From a virus: a stretch of DNA of 64,000 nt. The stretch lies in the IMG/VR virus record IMGVR_UViG_3300033149_001257, positions 32,001 to 96,000 of that record, one strand, 5' to 3'. The notes beneath the pieces are model-generated. The model was given only the letters and a program-made list of their open reading frames with translations. It searched no databases and was not told where the DNA came from. Positions 1-9,326 of the stretch are shown piece by piece (position 1 is the stretch's first letter; each line of letters opens with the position of its first letter). The translations under genes were made by a program, and so were the position numbers.

Positions 1-182
1 GAGATAATTGGTATGTTCAGGAGATTAGTCCATCAGTTTGAAACACCGGGCAATTATCATAAGTTAAAGAAGTTTACATTTGACGAATTAGTTGAGTTAG
101 TGGGCGAGTTTTTTGATATGGGCATTGACGAAAGGGAAGTCTAACCCGCAACACGAATAATCGGAGAGGGAGAGGAGAAGAA

Positions 183-356
183 ATGAAAATATCTGAGAAA
201 TTAGAGAACATAAAAAGTGAAATACTGAATACGGTGGATAGGTTGCCGGATAACCTTATGACAAATAAAATGAGGGAAGAACTGACGGAAATGGCAGGCA
301 CGATAGCAGGAATGAGTATCTTATTAAAGTTCTCATTATTTAACGAAGAGGGCTAA
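183..356 (+). CDS. small hypothetical protein (57 aa, not in ORF track)
   Basis: ATG at 183 preceded by GAGGAG; open to TAA 354-356. Confidence 0.55.
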   Translation: MKISEKLENIKSEILNTVDRLPDNLMTNKMREELTEMAGTIAGMSILLKFSLFNEEG

Positions 357-503
357 CAACAAACCAGACAGAGAGGAGGGGGGAGAGGTGAATAAAATAG
401 TAAAAGAAGTTGACATGGATATTCTGGCTAAGGGCTACTTGCGAGAGGAAATGAATTTGATTATGCCCGGGGTGGTTCGGGTGGTATTTATAATTATCAT
501 GCG

Positions 504-761
504 TTGTTTTATATTCTTGCATTGAAATATGCCAAATGGGAGAATTATACCACAGTAGGAGGCATACAGAACGGAAAAAGAATATCATATTATGAAATGT
601 TTGACCAAACAATAGACGGGCTATGTAAAGAAATAGGATTTCTCCCCGAAAGCATATCAATGCTATTGTCAGCAATGTCAAGATACAGCAATAAAAATGC
701 AATGAAAAAAATAAAATCAGTGTTATCTAAATATGACAAGTTAGGAGGTAAAACGAAATGA
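504..761 (+). CDS. hypothetical protein (start uncertain, possibly frameshifted from GTG at 388)
   Basis: ORF overlaps next start (ATGA); strong RBS lies before GTG 388 in another frame. Confidence 0.45.
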   Translation: MFYILALKYAKWENYTTVGGIQNGKRISYYEMFDQTIDGLCKEIGFLPESISMLLSAMSRYSNKNAMKKIKSVLSKYDKLGGKTK

Positions 762-1168
762 GAGATAAGAAAGATATTATTTACGAGGGAGATACCAGTA
801 AAGATAAAATGAAGTATGTATGGTGTGGGTGCAGAGGTTGTTATGAGTTTCGCAAAAGAATAGAGGAGTTATCTAAATCCATTGCCGAGAAAGACCGCAA
901 GATAGCGGAGCTGGAAGAGAAACAGAAACACATTGACAGCATAAAAGAGAAGTTTGAGAATATAAGGGGGGCACGAACAGTAACAAGACAAGACATCATA
1001 GACCATCAGGCAGTCAAGATAGCGGAGCAGGGGAAAGAGATAGCCAAGAAAGGCGAATGTTTGAATAGGATAAGAATATTAACAAAACGATTTGAGGACA
1101 AAACAAGCAATTCAAGTTATTGTATGTGGGAAATAAAACAGATGGTTGAGAAAGGAGAAAGCAAATGA
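758..1168 (+). CDS. coiled-coil hypothetical protein with CxCxxC motif
   Basis: AGGAGG RBS, ATGA coupling, heptad-like K/E-rich repeats. Confidence 0.7.
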   Translation: MRDKKDIIYEGDTSKDKMKYVWCGCRGCYEFRKRIEELSKSIAEKDRKIAELEEKQKHIDSIKEKFENIRGARTVTRQDIIDHQAVKIAEQGKEIAKKGECLNRIRILTKRFEDKTSNSSYCMWEIKQMVEKGESK

Positions 1169-1893
1169 GTAATACAGAAGACAGGATTAAAGAAGTTGAA
1201 ACTGTTTTGAATGAGTTAATATCTGACAGAGATAAGATGCTTTCAAAACTTAACACCTCACTGGTGGAAAAAGGGAAAGAGATAGGGGAATTGAAGAAAG
1301 ACAAAACAAAATGGGGAGAGTATCTGTCAAAAAAGACAAAAGAACTCCGCACATCACTAAAAAAGAAAGACGAGGAGATAGGGAGGTTGGAGAAAGCGGT
1401 AGGGGAATGGCAAAAGCAGTATGATGAAATGACAGGAACACGCAATAATGTAATCACAAGACAACAAGACGAAATAAGCAGATTGGATTTTGAATATAAA
1501 TTATTAACAGAAAGTGCCAATGGAACATTTGAAATCCACAAACAAGAGTTTTTTGAAATAGAAAAACTTAAATCCGAGATAGCCCGATTAGAGAAGTCGG
1601 GGGATATGCTGAAAGAGGAGAACAAAAAATTACACAGAATGCTTGAGGGTGTAGAAAGATACAGAGATTGCACAGGCGAGCAAAAAGTAATAATATTATC
1701 AGCAACGCAATATAAAGAAATGGCAGAGAGTGGGGATATGCTGAAAGAGTTGGAGAAGTTGATAAGAAGTGGATATAATGTTCTAATCACTCTCGGTGGG
1801 GAAATAGTGTTGCAGAGTAGAGATAATGAGTATCGTGGCAAAACCATATCCGAGGCGATAGCCAGTGCGAGTAAGAAAGGGGAAAAGGAATGA
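1165..1893 (+). CDS. coiled-coil hypothetical protein with internal repeats
   Basis: RBS AAGGAG; repeated EK(G/D)xEIxxL and SGDMLKE units. Confidence 0.7.
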   Translation: MSNTEDRIKEVETVLNELISDRDKMLSKLNTSLVEKGKEIGELKKDKTKWGEYLSKKTKELRTSLKKKDEEIGRLEKAVGEWQKQYDEMTGTRNNVITRQQDEISRLDFEYKLLTESANGTFEIHKQEFFEIEKLKSEIARLEKSGDMLKEENKKLHRMLEGVERYRDCTGEQKVIILSATQYKEMAESGDMLKELEKLIRSGYNVLITLGGEIVLQSRDNEYRGKTISEAIASASKKGEKE

Positions 1894-2219
1894 AAGACAG
1901 AACAGAAAAAGAAGTAAAAAGGCAATTGGAAATGTTGAAAGAGCATAGGGACTTAATAATCAAGACAGGGCGTAGATATAGTTTATTTGGTGATGATAGG
2001 ATACAGCAGGATGACGACCAGATAGAAGTTTTAGAGGAGTACCTTGAATCAGGTACAATCCCAGACTCTGTATATCAAGACGAAATAGATGATGATGGTG
2101 TAAGTGAAGATGGCGAAGAGTTTAGCGAGGCAAGAAATAATGCTATTGAATATCTTGAGGGGTGTGATGAAATAATATGCCAAGATGATATTAATGGTGA
2201 AAAAAGTTTTATTAAATAA
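1890..2219 (+). CDS. acidic hypothetical protein
   Basis: ATGA coupling; D/E-rich C-terminal half. Confidence 0.7.
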   Translation: MKDRTEKEVKRQLEMLKEHRDLIIKTGRRYSLFGDDRIQQDDDQIEVLEEYLESGTIPDSVYQDEIDDDGVSEDGEEFSEARNNAIEYLEGCDEIICQDDINGEKSFIK

Positions 2220-2260
2220 TCAGTCAGTGGGGACAATAATTCAAGGGAAAGGGAAAAGCA

Positions 2261-2488
2261 ATGCCGACTTGCTATAAGATGAAAGAACGTAAAATTACGA
2301 AATATAAATTCGTGCCCAGGTCCACAATCTGTGGGCAGTGTAAAAAGAAATTTAAGTATGAATCTAAGACATATAAAAATAGTGGGATACCCGTCAACAT
2401 AAGAACCGTTTGTAGGAAATGTCAAAAATTAAGCGCTGCCAGAAAAGCAAGAGAAGCAAGACAGAAAAAAGGGGAGAGAGGAGAATAA
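2261..2488 (+). CDS. small zinc-finger-like protein
   Basis: CGQC ... CRKC pairs. Confidence 0.6.
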   Translation: MPTCYKMKERKITKYKFVPRSTICGQCKKKFKYESKTYKNSGIPVNIRTVCRKCQKLSAARKAREARQKKGERGE

Positions 2489-2490
2489 AA

Positions 2491-2739
2491 ATGGCAAGAA
2501 AAAAGATGACGTTGCAGGCGAGGATTGAATACTTCAATGCCACGCACAGAAAAACAATGCGGGAGTTGGTTAAGATGTACCGGCAGGGAATGACATTCAA
2601 AACCATGTCTGTAAGTTCGGGTATGAGCCCCCAGACAATATCCAACGACCTGGTGCGCCTGGGTAGGATTACCGAAGCCGACAGGATAGAGCACGCCAGA
2701 AACAGCAACGAGCAGCGGGCCTCATGGCGTAGGCAATAG
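2491..2739 (+). CDS. helix-turn-helix protein
   Basis: GAGGAG RBS before ATG 2491; MTFKTMSVSSGMSPQTISNDL resembles an HTH. Confidence 0.6.
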   Translation: MARKKMTLQARIEYFNATHRKTMRELVKMYRQGMTFKTMSVSSGMSPQTISNDLVRLGRITEADRIEHARNSNEQRASWRRQ

Positions 2740-2770
2740 GGTGTATAGTAAACTTTTTTTCATTTTTTCC

Positions 2771-2799
2771 TTGACAAGTAGTAAACTATATGGTATATT
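2771..2799 (+). promoter_or_regulatory. sigma70-type promoter with extended -10 for the recombinase
   Basis: TTGACA-17 nt-TATATT with TG at extended position; inverted repeat GTAAACTA-N10-TAGTTTAC (2781-2806) overlaps it. Confidence 0.75.
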
Positions 2800-2839
2800 A
2801 GTTTACGAAGTGAATAAATGAAGATGGGAGGGGAATGTA

Positions 2840-3751
2840 ATGAACAAGCTAATCGGGATATTCAAAAGATTCTTTATTGCGCAAAGGGGAAATTCTGTAT
2901 CCTCAGTTAAGGGGTATGTATCAGTAATTAGGGATTTTGGAACTTTCGTTTCCAAAAAAGGCATTAATGTGGAATCGGCTACTCCAGAAACGGTTATGGA
3001 GTACGTTTCGGTGGTTAAGAAACGCTGCAAACCCCAGACTGCTGCGGGATATGTTACCAAATTAAAGACGTTTTATCAGATATTGGTACAGAAGGGGCTT
3101 GTAAAGGCCTCTCCTGTAGGGGAAATACACATAAAGTGGCATCAGGAGCCACGTGATATACTGTCCGATAATGAGGTTGAGGGTATTCTGGGTCAGGCAA
3201 GGGTGAATTATGGCAGTAAAGGCTCATTGTACGCCAATAAACAGGGGTTCTGTAAGTGTTCCAAGGAAGTCCGGGCGCTCAGGGATTACCTTATATTGTC
3301 ACTTCTGTCTGAAACCGGTGTCAGAATAGCCGAGTTACTTAATATTAAGCCAATGGACATTGATTTTGAGGCAAAGAGGATAAGGATACTGGGTAAGGGT
3401 AATAAGGTAAGGATACAGCCCATCACAGCCCAAACTGGTGCCCTCATGGGAACCTTTTTAGCCCAAAGTGGTTCCGTAATAAATAGGGATGCCCCGGTAT
3501 TTGATATCACGCGACCGGGTGTTGATAATATAATAAAATTCTTCTGCGGACTTGCGGATGTATCAAAAAGCATATCCCCCCACTCGTTTCGTCACTATTT
3601 CATTACCGCCTGCCACCGCAGGGGGCTTGACCTCATAAGCCTACAAAGACTGGCGGGCCACGCGAACCTTAATACGACTTCCAGGTATACGCATATAAGC
3701 ATAGATGACCTGCAGGAAAAATACGAGAGTGTCCAAGGAGGTACTTGTTAA
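2840..3751 (+). CDS. tyrosine recombinase (XerC/XerD-like)
   Basis: GVRIAEL (Arg), GKGNK, HSFRH, LAGH, TSRYT (Tyr) catalytic motifs; N-terminal core-binding domain. Confidence 0.93.
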   Translation: MNKLIGIFKRFFIAQRGNSVSSVKGYVSVIRDFGTFVSKKGINVESATPETVMEYVSVVKKRCKPQTAAGYVTKLKTFYQILVQKGLVKASPVGEIHIKWHQEPRDILSDNEVEGILGQARVNYGSKGSLYANKQGFCKCSKEVRALRDYLILSLLSETGVRIAELLNIKPMDIDFEAKRIRILGKGNKVRIQPITAQTGALMGTFLAQSGSVINRDAPVFDITRPGVDNIIKFFCGLADVSKSISPHSFRHYFITACHRRGLDLISLQRLAGHANLNTTSRYTHISIDDLQEKYESVQGGTC

Positions 3752-3945
3752 TGAAAAAAACAGCTACGTATTATCTGAGCCAACCAATGATAGGGAAACC
3801 GTGGTTTTTTACCAGATGCCCCGGATGTGATTCTCGTATCGCATGGCCTGATGAAAAAAAGAATAGCACAAAATGCACTAAGTGTGGGGAAAGTTTCAAT
3901 CTTAAATTTGTGGGTGAGAAAAAAAGGAGGTACGATGAAAAATAA
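3751..3945 (+). CDS. zinc-ribbon protein
   Basis: CPGC ... CTKCG; RBS AGGAGG. Confidence 0.6.
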   Translation: MKKTATYYLSQPMIGKPWFFTRCPGCDSRIAWPDEKKNSTKCTKCGESFNLKFVGEKKRRYDEK

Positions 3946-4198
3946 AGTGGAGATTGTTGTAGGAGATATATGGATAAGAAAATCCGGGGGCGGGGAAGCA
4001 AAAGCAGAAGTGATTGACATAAGAGATGGTTGTGTGTTTATTTATAATCGTGATAAGATAACCCCCCTAAAAGAGGAAGTGTTTTTAGATAAGTTTAGAA
4101 AAGAAGTATGGAATATTATAAGTGATGGCTCAAACAAGAAACCTAAAAAGCAGATAAAAAAGATTGAGGATATTATAGTAATGGACGGGGTGGATTAA
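3935..4198 (+). CDS. hypothetical protein
   Basis: AGGAGG before ATG 3935 (internal to predicted 3827 ORF). Confidence 0.6.
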   Translation: MKNKVEIVVGDIWIRKSGGGEAKAEVIDIRDGCVFIYNRDKITPLKEEVFLDKFRKEVWNIISDGSNKKPKKQIKKIEDIIVMDGVD

Positions 4199-4741
4199 AT
4201 GAAAATTAATCACGGGTTGGGAAAACTAAAAAATAAAATAATTGTATGGTGGTGGTGGATATGTGGTAAGCGATGCCATAATTGTTATCACATAAAAATG
4301 CAACCATTTGGGGTTAAAAGTGGGTATATTAAATGTTGGATGTGGAAAATTGAATATAGAAAAAATCATACATGTTGGCAATATACTAAAAAGGAGGAAA
4401 TGGTTGTTACGACAATGGAAGCGATGGTCGAGTTTTCTAAAAAACTAAGAGAACTTATTAATTTAATAATGGAGGAATCTGGCATGGATAAATTTCTAAA
4501 AAAACTTAATAATCTTGTTGAAGAGTGCAGTTCGTTTGAATTGGAGTGGTGGCATTTTACATTTAGTTATTTCGCTATTTATAAATACGGGTTCCATATT
4601 GGTATTTGTTTATATCCAGATTGTGAGCATGGTGTTGAACCTATGGTTACCAGGGGGGCATGTCTTTCAATTTTCCTACTTGTTTTCACGTTTAGGATAT
4701 ACCAGAGAAGGGATGTGCACAAAGTAAGAGAGGAGAATTAA
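4199..4741 (+). CDS. hypothetical protein, probably membrane associated
   Basis: adjacent to previous stop; hydrophobic/aromatic segments; internal AGGAGG-ATG at ~4400. Confidence 0.5.
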   Translation: MKINHGLGKLKNKIIVWWWWICGKRCHNCYHIKMQPFGVKSGYIKCWMWKIEYRKNHTCWQYTKKEEMVVTTMEAMVEFSKKLRELINLIMEESGMDKFLKKLNNLVEECSSFELEWWHFTFSYFAIYKYGFHIGICLYPDCEHGVEPMVTRGACLSIFLLVFTFRIYQRRDVHKVREEN

Positions 4742-5269
4742 ATGGAATTAATGTCTTGCCCTAAATGTAAGTGCGACTGGTTTGAAGAAAGAGAGATAGC
4801 GCGATTTGATAAAAAGGCTGTTAATTTTCATACCGAGACAATGGCCGAAGAAAAAAAGATTTTGTATGCTTGCGTGGAATGTGGACATACAATAGCATCC
4901 CCAGAAAAGCAGGTGTTTAGAGATGTGAAAGTTATCGTGTTTGCCCGGGAGAGTGGTAAGATAAATTATATTAAATCAATCGCTCTCCCCTATTCCGAGA
5001 AAAAAGAAAAAACACACGTGGTGTTTAAGCATCTAAAAACTATGAACAATTTTTCTCAAAGCATTGGTTTTAAAAAAATAAATGTTTTGCTTTGGGTGGG
5101 ACATGAATCCATGGAGGGAATGGACGTGGAGTACGAATATTGTGGACTTCCTGACACCAAAACAATCCTACTGACCAATAAAGAATACTCTGCTGTGAAT
5201 GAGAGAATAAAACAGGATTATCCTGATGATAAGTATAATGTGGAAATCGTGGACAGGACTGAGGATTAA
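4742..5269 (+). CDS. zinc-ribbon-containing hypothetical protein
   Basis: CPKC ... CVECG; GAGGAG RBS; last gene of + arm, stop overlaps stop of - arm. Confidence 0.65.
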   Translation: MELMSCPKCKCDWFEEREIARFDKKAVNFHTETMAEEKKILYACVECGHTIASPEKQVFRDVKVIVFARESGKINYIKSIALPYSEKKEKTHVVFKHLKTMNNFSQSIGFKKINVLLWVGHESMEGMDVEYEYCGLPDTKTILLTNKEYSAVNERIKQDYPDDKYNVEIVDRTED

Positions 5270-6045
5270 TTCTTTTCTTTTTTAGCCTTTTCGTTGGAAT
5301 TTATTATGGCATCGAAGAAATCTGACTTGAATAATAATTTTAATGTTTCGGCATTCTCCATTTGGCAGTGCCCCCCAATTATCCCCGGAAATAGTAACGG
5401 CCGTAGATACTGGTCAAGTCCGAGCTTTTTATAGCCCTTATTGTAGAGCCGGGTCACTTCTCTTACCGTAATGTTGTAGTCTGCCCCTATTTCCTTACAG
5501 AATCGCTCCATTTCTTGATTAAATGCCACCATGAGGGCATATTGGGTGGTTGATAGTATTTTGCCAAGGGCGACCGTTCTGGTGCCCTTTACGGGCAATA
5601 CCTTAAAGCACTGGCGTAGGTATCCAATACCCATTTCCTTGGCCTTAATTGTATCATATCCCATCATCTGGTCGCAGGCTCTCACGCTATCCGGTATGGC
5701 AAGTTCCAGGATAAATAAGGGGCAGTGTACTATATTTACCACTCCCCCTACTATTTTCTGGATATTCTCGCAAGCCATGGGACCAATGGAGCTCCATATC
5801 ACTACCAATTTGGGCTTATATTGCTTGATATACTCTGCCACGCTATGAATGAACTCTTTATTGTAAATATAGCATATATGTAATACTTCAAAATCGGGCT
5901 TATGATAATACGTACTTTCGTTCCCATTATAGGAATATTCCATATTCTCTATATCTCTCCAGTATGTATCATTCGGGTACCCCTGTCTTAATATTTCGCC
6001 TATCCTTTTACCTTCTTCGCCGTGTCCGATAATCAATCCTCTCAT
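5266..6045 (-). CDS. UDP-glucose/GDP-mannose dehydrogenase family protein (short form)
   Basis: N-terminal IIGHGEEG Rossmann motif; K-x3-TTQYA helix; PGIIGGHC catalytic Cys motif; ATG 6045 couples with upstream stop. Confidence 0.8.
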   Translation of the reverse strand: MRGLIIGHGEEGKRIGEILRQGYPNDTYWRDIENMEYSYNGNESTYYHKPDFEVLHICYIYNKEFIHSVAEYIKQYKPKLVVIWSSIGPMACENIQKIVGGVVNIVHCPLFILELAIPDSVRACDQMMGYDTIKAKEMGIGYLRQCFKVLPVKGTRTVALGKILSTTQYALMVAFNQEMERFCKEIGADYNITVREVTRLYNKGYKKLGLDQYLRPLLFPGIIGGHCQMENAETLKLLFKSDFFDAIINSNEKAKKEKN

Positions 6046-7010
6046 TTTGAAATCCTTTCGCGCCAATAATTTAATATATCTTTTAGTGTATCGTCTATTG
6101 AGTATCTGCGTTCCCATCCTGTTTTCTTTACAAAGGCACTGTTATCTCCCCATAAAATAGGCACATCAGACGGCCTCATGCGCGCGGGGTCCTCTTTTAC
6201 TTGTATCTCACCCTTAACCGTAGACATTCCAATAAGTTTTCCCAATAAACTCTCCATGGTATGGGTTTCACCTGAGCATATATTATAGACCGCGCCGGCC
6301 TCGCAGTGCTCAGTGGCCAACCAATATGCACGAACCATGTCCCTCACATCCGTAAAATCTCTTTTTGCTGTAAGATTTCCCACGTTAATTACCGGTTGCC
6401 TAACACCTACCTCTATTTCGGCTATTTGTTTGGCAAAATTTGATAGCACAAAGACATCTCCCCTGCGGGGCCCGGAGTGATTGAATGCCCGGGTACGCTT
6501 GATATTCATGTTGTAACTCATGGCATATTGATACCCCATCATATCTTGAGCCACCTTACTTACTCCATATGGAGAGAGCGGCCGTAATGGATTAGTTTCC
6601 TTAATCGGACACTCGTTTTCATATACCATTCCGTACTCCTCCGACGAACAACATATCTGAATAATGCTGTCAAGTTTAAGCGCTCTCGTTGCCTCAAATA
6701 TATTCATTTGTCCGATGGTATTTACTTTCATTGTTTCTGCAGGGGCCGTCCATGATGCCGGGACATAAGATTGCGCGGCCATGTGAAATATTTTATCTGG
6801 CCGGACCTCTTTGAGCACATTATATACTGCGGTATAGTCCTGGATATCACACTCAAAAAACTTAACCTTATCCGTTAAGTGTTTTACGTTATCCATTTTA
6901 CTGCGCCAGCGCTTAATACCAAATACTTCGTAGTCTTTGTGTTCGCTAAGAATATAATCTGCCATGTGGCTGCCAACAAAGCCTGTAATTCCCGTAATCA
7001 ATACTTTCAT
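6042..7010 (-). CDS. GDP-mannose 4,6-dehydratase / Rmd-like extended SDR
   Basis: ITGITGFVGSH, HMAAQSYV, SSEEYG, YGVSK, FNHSGPRRG, GNLTAKRDFTDVRD, RPSDV. Confidence 0.9.
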   Translation of the reverse strand: MKVLITGITGFVGSHMADYILSEHKDYEVFGIKRWRSKMDNVKHLTDKVKFFECDIQDYTAVYNVLKEVRPDKIFHMAAQSYVPASWTAPAETMKVNTIGQMNIFEATRALKLDSIIQICCSSEEYGMVYENECPIKETNPLRPLSPYGVSKVAQDMMGYQYAMSYNMNIKRTRAFNHSGPRRGDVFVLSNFAKQIAEIEVGVRQPVINVGNLTAKRDFTDVRDMVRAYWLATEHCEAGAVYNICSGETHTMESLLGKLIGMSTVKGEIQVKEDPARMRPSDVPILWGDNSAFVKKTGWERRYSIDDTLKDILNYWRERISK

Positions 7011-7546
7011 TTCTTTTTCTCCTCTTTTTTGAATTTCTCGGTTGCCCCAAATAAATAAGGATAGTTTTTTAGCGCTATCCATTTCTGGGTATACCTTTTA
7101 GCCATTGACCTTTTTGATGCCTGTTCTCCCTCTGATAATTCTACCGTATAGTTTGTATCGGTAATTCCAAATCCAAAACAGTATCTAACCGAATACAAAT
7201 CTTCCATAATCTTATATACCTGCCTGTGTTGATAGTGTCCGTATTCTCCATTCGCGTTATGGGTGAATATCATATCCCAGAAACCGTTACCGCCCGATAT
7301 GTTTAATATGTCTTGAGCTACTTTATTATTATCCCAGCCCACGTTAAGGCCCTGCTTAAATCCCAGGATATATCCATCGGCATTTAATCTTTCGCAATTA
7401 TCCATAAATTGGGGATCCCTGCCATGTGTATCATCGGTAGTTACACAGATGATTGTCCAATTAAAATCCATGAACTTATTGAGTGTGCCGCCCATCCATA
7501 ATGTTTCGTCGTCGGTGTGGGCAATTACTACCAATCCGTTTTTCAT
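7007..7546 (-). CDS. PIG-L/LmbE family N-deacetylase
   Basis: AHTDDE and THNANGEYGHYQH motifs. Confidence 0.85.
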   Translation of the reverse strand: MKNGLVVIAHTDDETLWMGGTLNKFMDFNWTIICVTTDDTHGRDPQFMDNCERLNADGYILGFKQGLNVGWDNNKVAQDILNISGGNGFWDMIFTHNANGEYGHYQHRQVYKIMEDLYSVRYCFGFGITDTNYTVELSEGEQASKRSMAKRYTQKWIALKNYPYLFGATEKFKKEEKKK

Positions 7547-8148
7547 GTTTTCCTCCTCATGCTCAATATTCTGGTATTGAACTTATCAAATTCTTCCTGT
7601 TGATATGGTTCAAGTATCTCGTTTAATTTGGGGTCAAAATCCTCTTTCTTAAACTCCGTTCCCCAGTCATGCGACATGATTAAATCCCCGGGTTTAAGTA
7701 TGTTGGCATAGAGTGGGAACTCCTCTACCTTACGGCCGTTATCGCAGAAGATGAGCGCCCTTTCATCACTTATAAAACTTTCCACATTCTCAACAGTAGC
7801 TTCACTGAAAACATCTGCCTGTATGAAATCTATATTAAGTCTTGTGAATATCTCGCGCAGGTTTCTGTCTTTATCTAAATCCGGCATTTTTTTATGGAAG
7901 TCAAATATATCCTTAGTGTCTATGGTTAGCACCCTACCCTTTTCCCCTTTCCACGTTTTACCTTTAGTCATCATGTGTAATCCAAAAAGTAATGTTAGTC
8001 CACCCCTGTCAGTACCAAGTTCCACCACTCTATTAATATCTGTTTCGGTACTTAATATATGGCTCAGTATACAAAAAGCACCCCAATTCTGGAATGCCGT
8101 ATATCCCGCAAACTCAAATCCTATTTTATCCAAATCGTAGTTAATCAT
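7543..8148 (-). CDS. class I SAM-dependent methyltransferase (CmcI/Methyltransf_24-like)
   Basis: VVELGTDRGG motif I; LKPGDLIMSHD. Confidence 0.75.
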   Translation of the reverse strand: MINYDLDKIGFEFAGYTAFQNWGAFCILSHILSTETDINRVVELGTDRGGLTLLFGLHMMTKGKTWKGEKGRVLTIDTKDIFDFHKKMPDLDKDRNLREIFTRLNIDFIQADVFSEATVENVESFISDERALIFCDNGRKVEEFPLYANILKPGDLIMSHDWGTEFKKEDFDPKLNEILEPYQQEEFDKFNTRILSMRRKT

Positions 8149-9326
8149 TTTGTGAGCTCTCCCTTGAATGTTTTATAGGAATCGCCGTTTACCGGATCAG
8201 TTGTATATAATGAACAAAACTGCGTATTAAATCCACGGCAACTGAGCCATACTTCTAATACTTCCTGCGGTATTACATATGGATGTCCTATATTAAGTTG
8301 CTCTGATATTCTCAGGTGGACCAGTAGATATAGCTTACCTCCGGGTTTGAGTACCCTGTGCATTTCTTTGATGGCACGCTCTGGATTGTTTGTGTGGTCT
8401 AATACGTTCGTGCAGAACACTATATCAAAAGAGTTGTCATTTGCTGGTATGTTTTCCGCGGCACCACTTTTCAATAAAATATTATCTGCTTTTATTATCC
8501 TCTTGTATTCTTCTGCCAACGTGTCTACCCCCACGAGCATCTTGGCATCTTTTATCTTTGAGCATAATCCACCAAGTGGGCCGCACCCCACGTCAAGTAT
8601 TGCCATACCTTTTGTTTTGGGCTTAAATAAATCAAGGTATTTCTGATATATCTCCGTACCTTTTCTTATCCCCGTGAGTTTCCAGTACTTCATTTCATAG
8701 GCCTTGTTATCTGCATTGTCCATCTTCTTAAAATATCCTATATTCTTGGGGTGACATTTAGTGCTTATCTTTGTAAGCATCATGGAATGTGTCATGGCAA
8801 ACTCTATCATGTCAGATATTGATTTTCTATTATAATACGGATATGTTTTCTCGGGATTCCATCCGGGGTCAACCACGTCAAGTATGAGATGCCCCCCCAC
8901 GTTAAGTCTTTCGGAACAATGATTAAAAAGCCAATCCTGTTTTATTTCCTTGAAATATGTAAACCCCATGGGTATGATTACATCGAAGTCCCCCATCTGT
9001 TCCGGTATCCCATCATTCACATCTCCATTAAATAGTACTGCCGGACACTTGAAATGGTGCACCATGTCGACTGCGCCCATGTACGTTGCCTGGTCTTTTT
9101 CAATACCATGTAGATTAGTGAATCCCCAATCTGCGAGCTGAATTAAATTATGTCCTATTCCACATCCGAGTTCCAATATCTTTGCATCTTTCGGTACGTT
9201 CCTATTTATCCAGTTAAGTATCTCGCGCTGATAATCCCCATGCTTCGGTAAATGATTAAACCACTTCTGTAGTCTATACTTATCTACCACATAATTAGTA
9301 TGCGCCATGAATTCTTTACTATCCAT
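8145..9326 (-). CDS. tandem double class I SAM methyltransferase
   Basis: two motif-I copies (ILELGCGIG, ILDVGCGPLG); FDIVFCTNVLDH, RVLKPGG. Confidence 0.85.
   Translation of the reverse strand: MDSKEFMAHTNYVVDKYRLQKWFNHLPKHGDYQREILNWINRNVPKDAKILELGCGIGHNLIQLADWGFTNLHGIEKDQATYMGAVDMVHHFKCPAVLFNGDVNDGIPEQMGDFDVIIPMGFTYFKEIKQDWLFNHCSERLNVGGHLILDVVDPGWNPEKTYPYYNRKSISDMIEFAMTHSMMLTKISTKCHPKNIGYFKKMDNADNKAYEMKYWKLTGIRKGTEIYQKYLDLFKPKTKGMAILDVGCGPLGGLCSKIKDAKMLVGVDTLAEEYKRIIKADNILLKSGAAENIPANDNSFDIVFCTNVLDHTNNPERAIKEMHRVLKPGGKLYLLVHLRISEQLNIGHPYVIPQEVLEVWLSCRGFNTQFCSLYTTDPVNGDSYKTFKGELTK

Noticed and set aside
1014-1946. Long antisense ORFs (e.g. 1014-1946, 39115-39756, 33479-34045)
   Set aside because: Shadow frames of real genes on the opposite strand; no RBS or motifs
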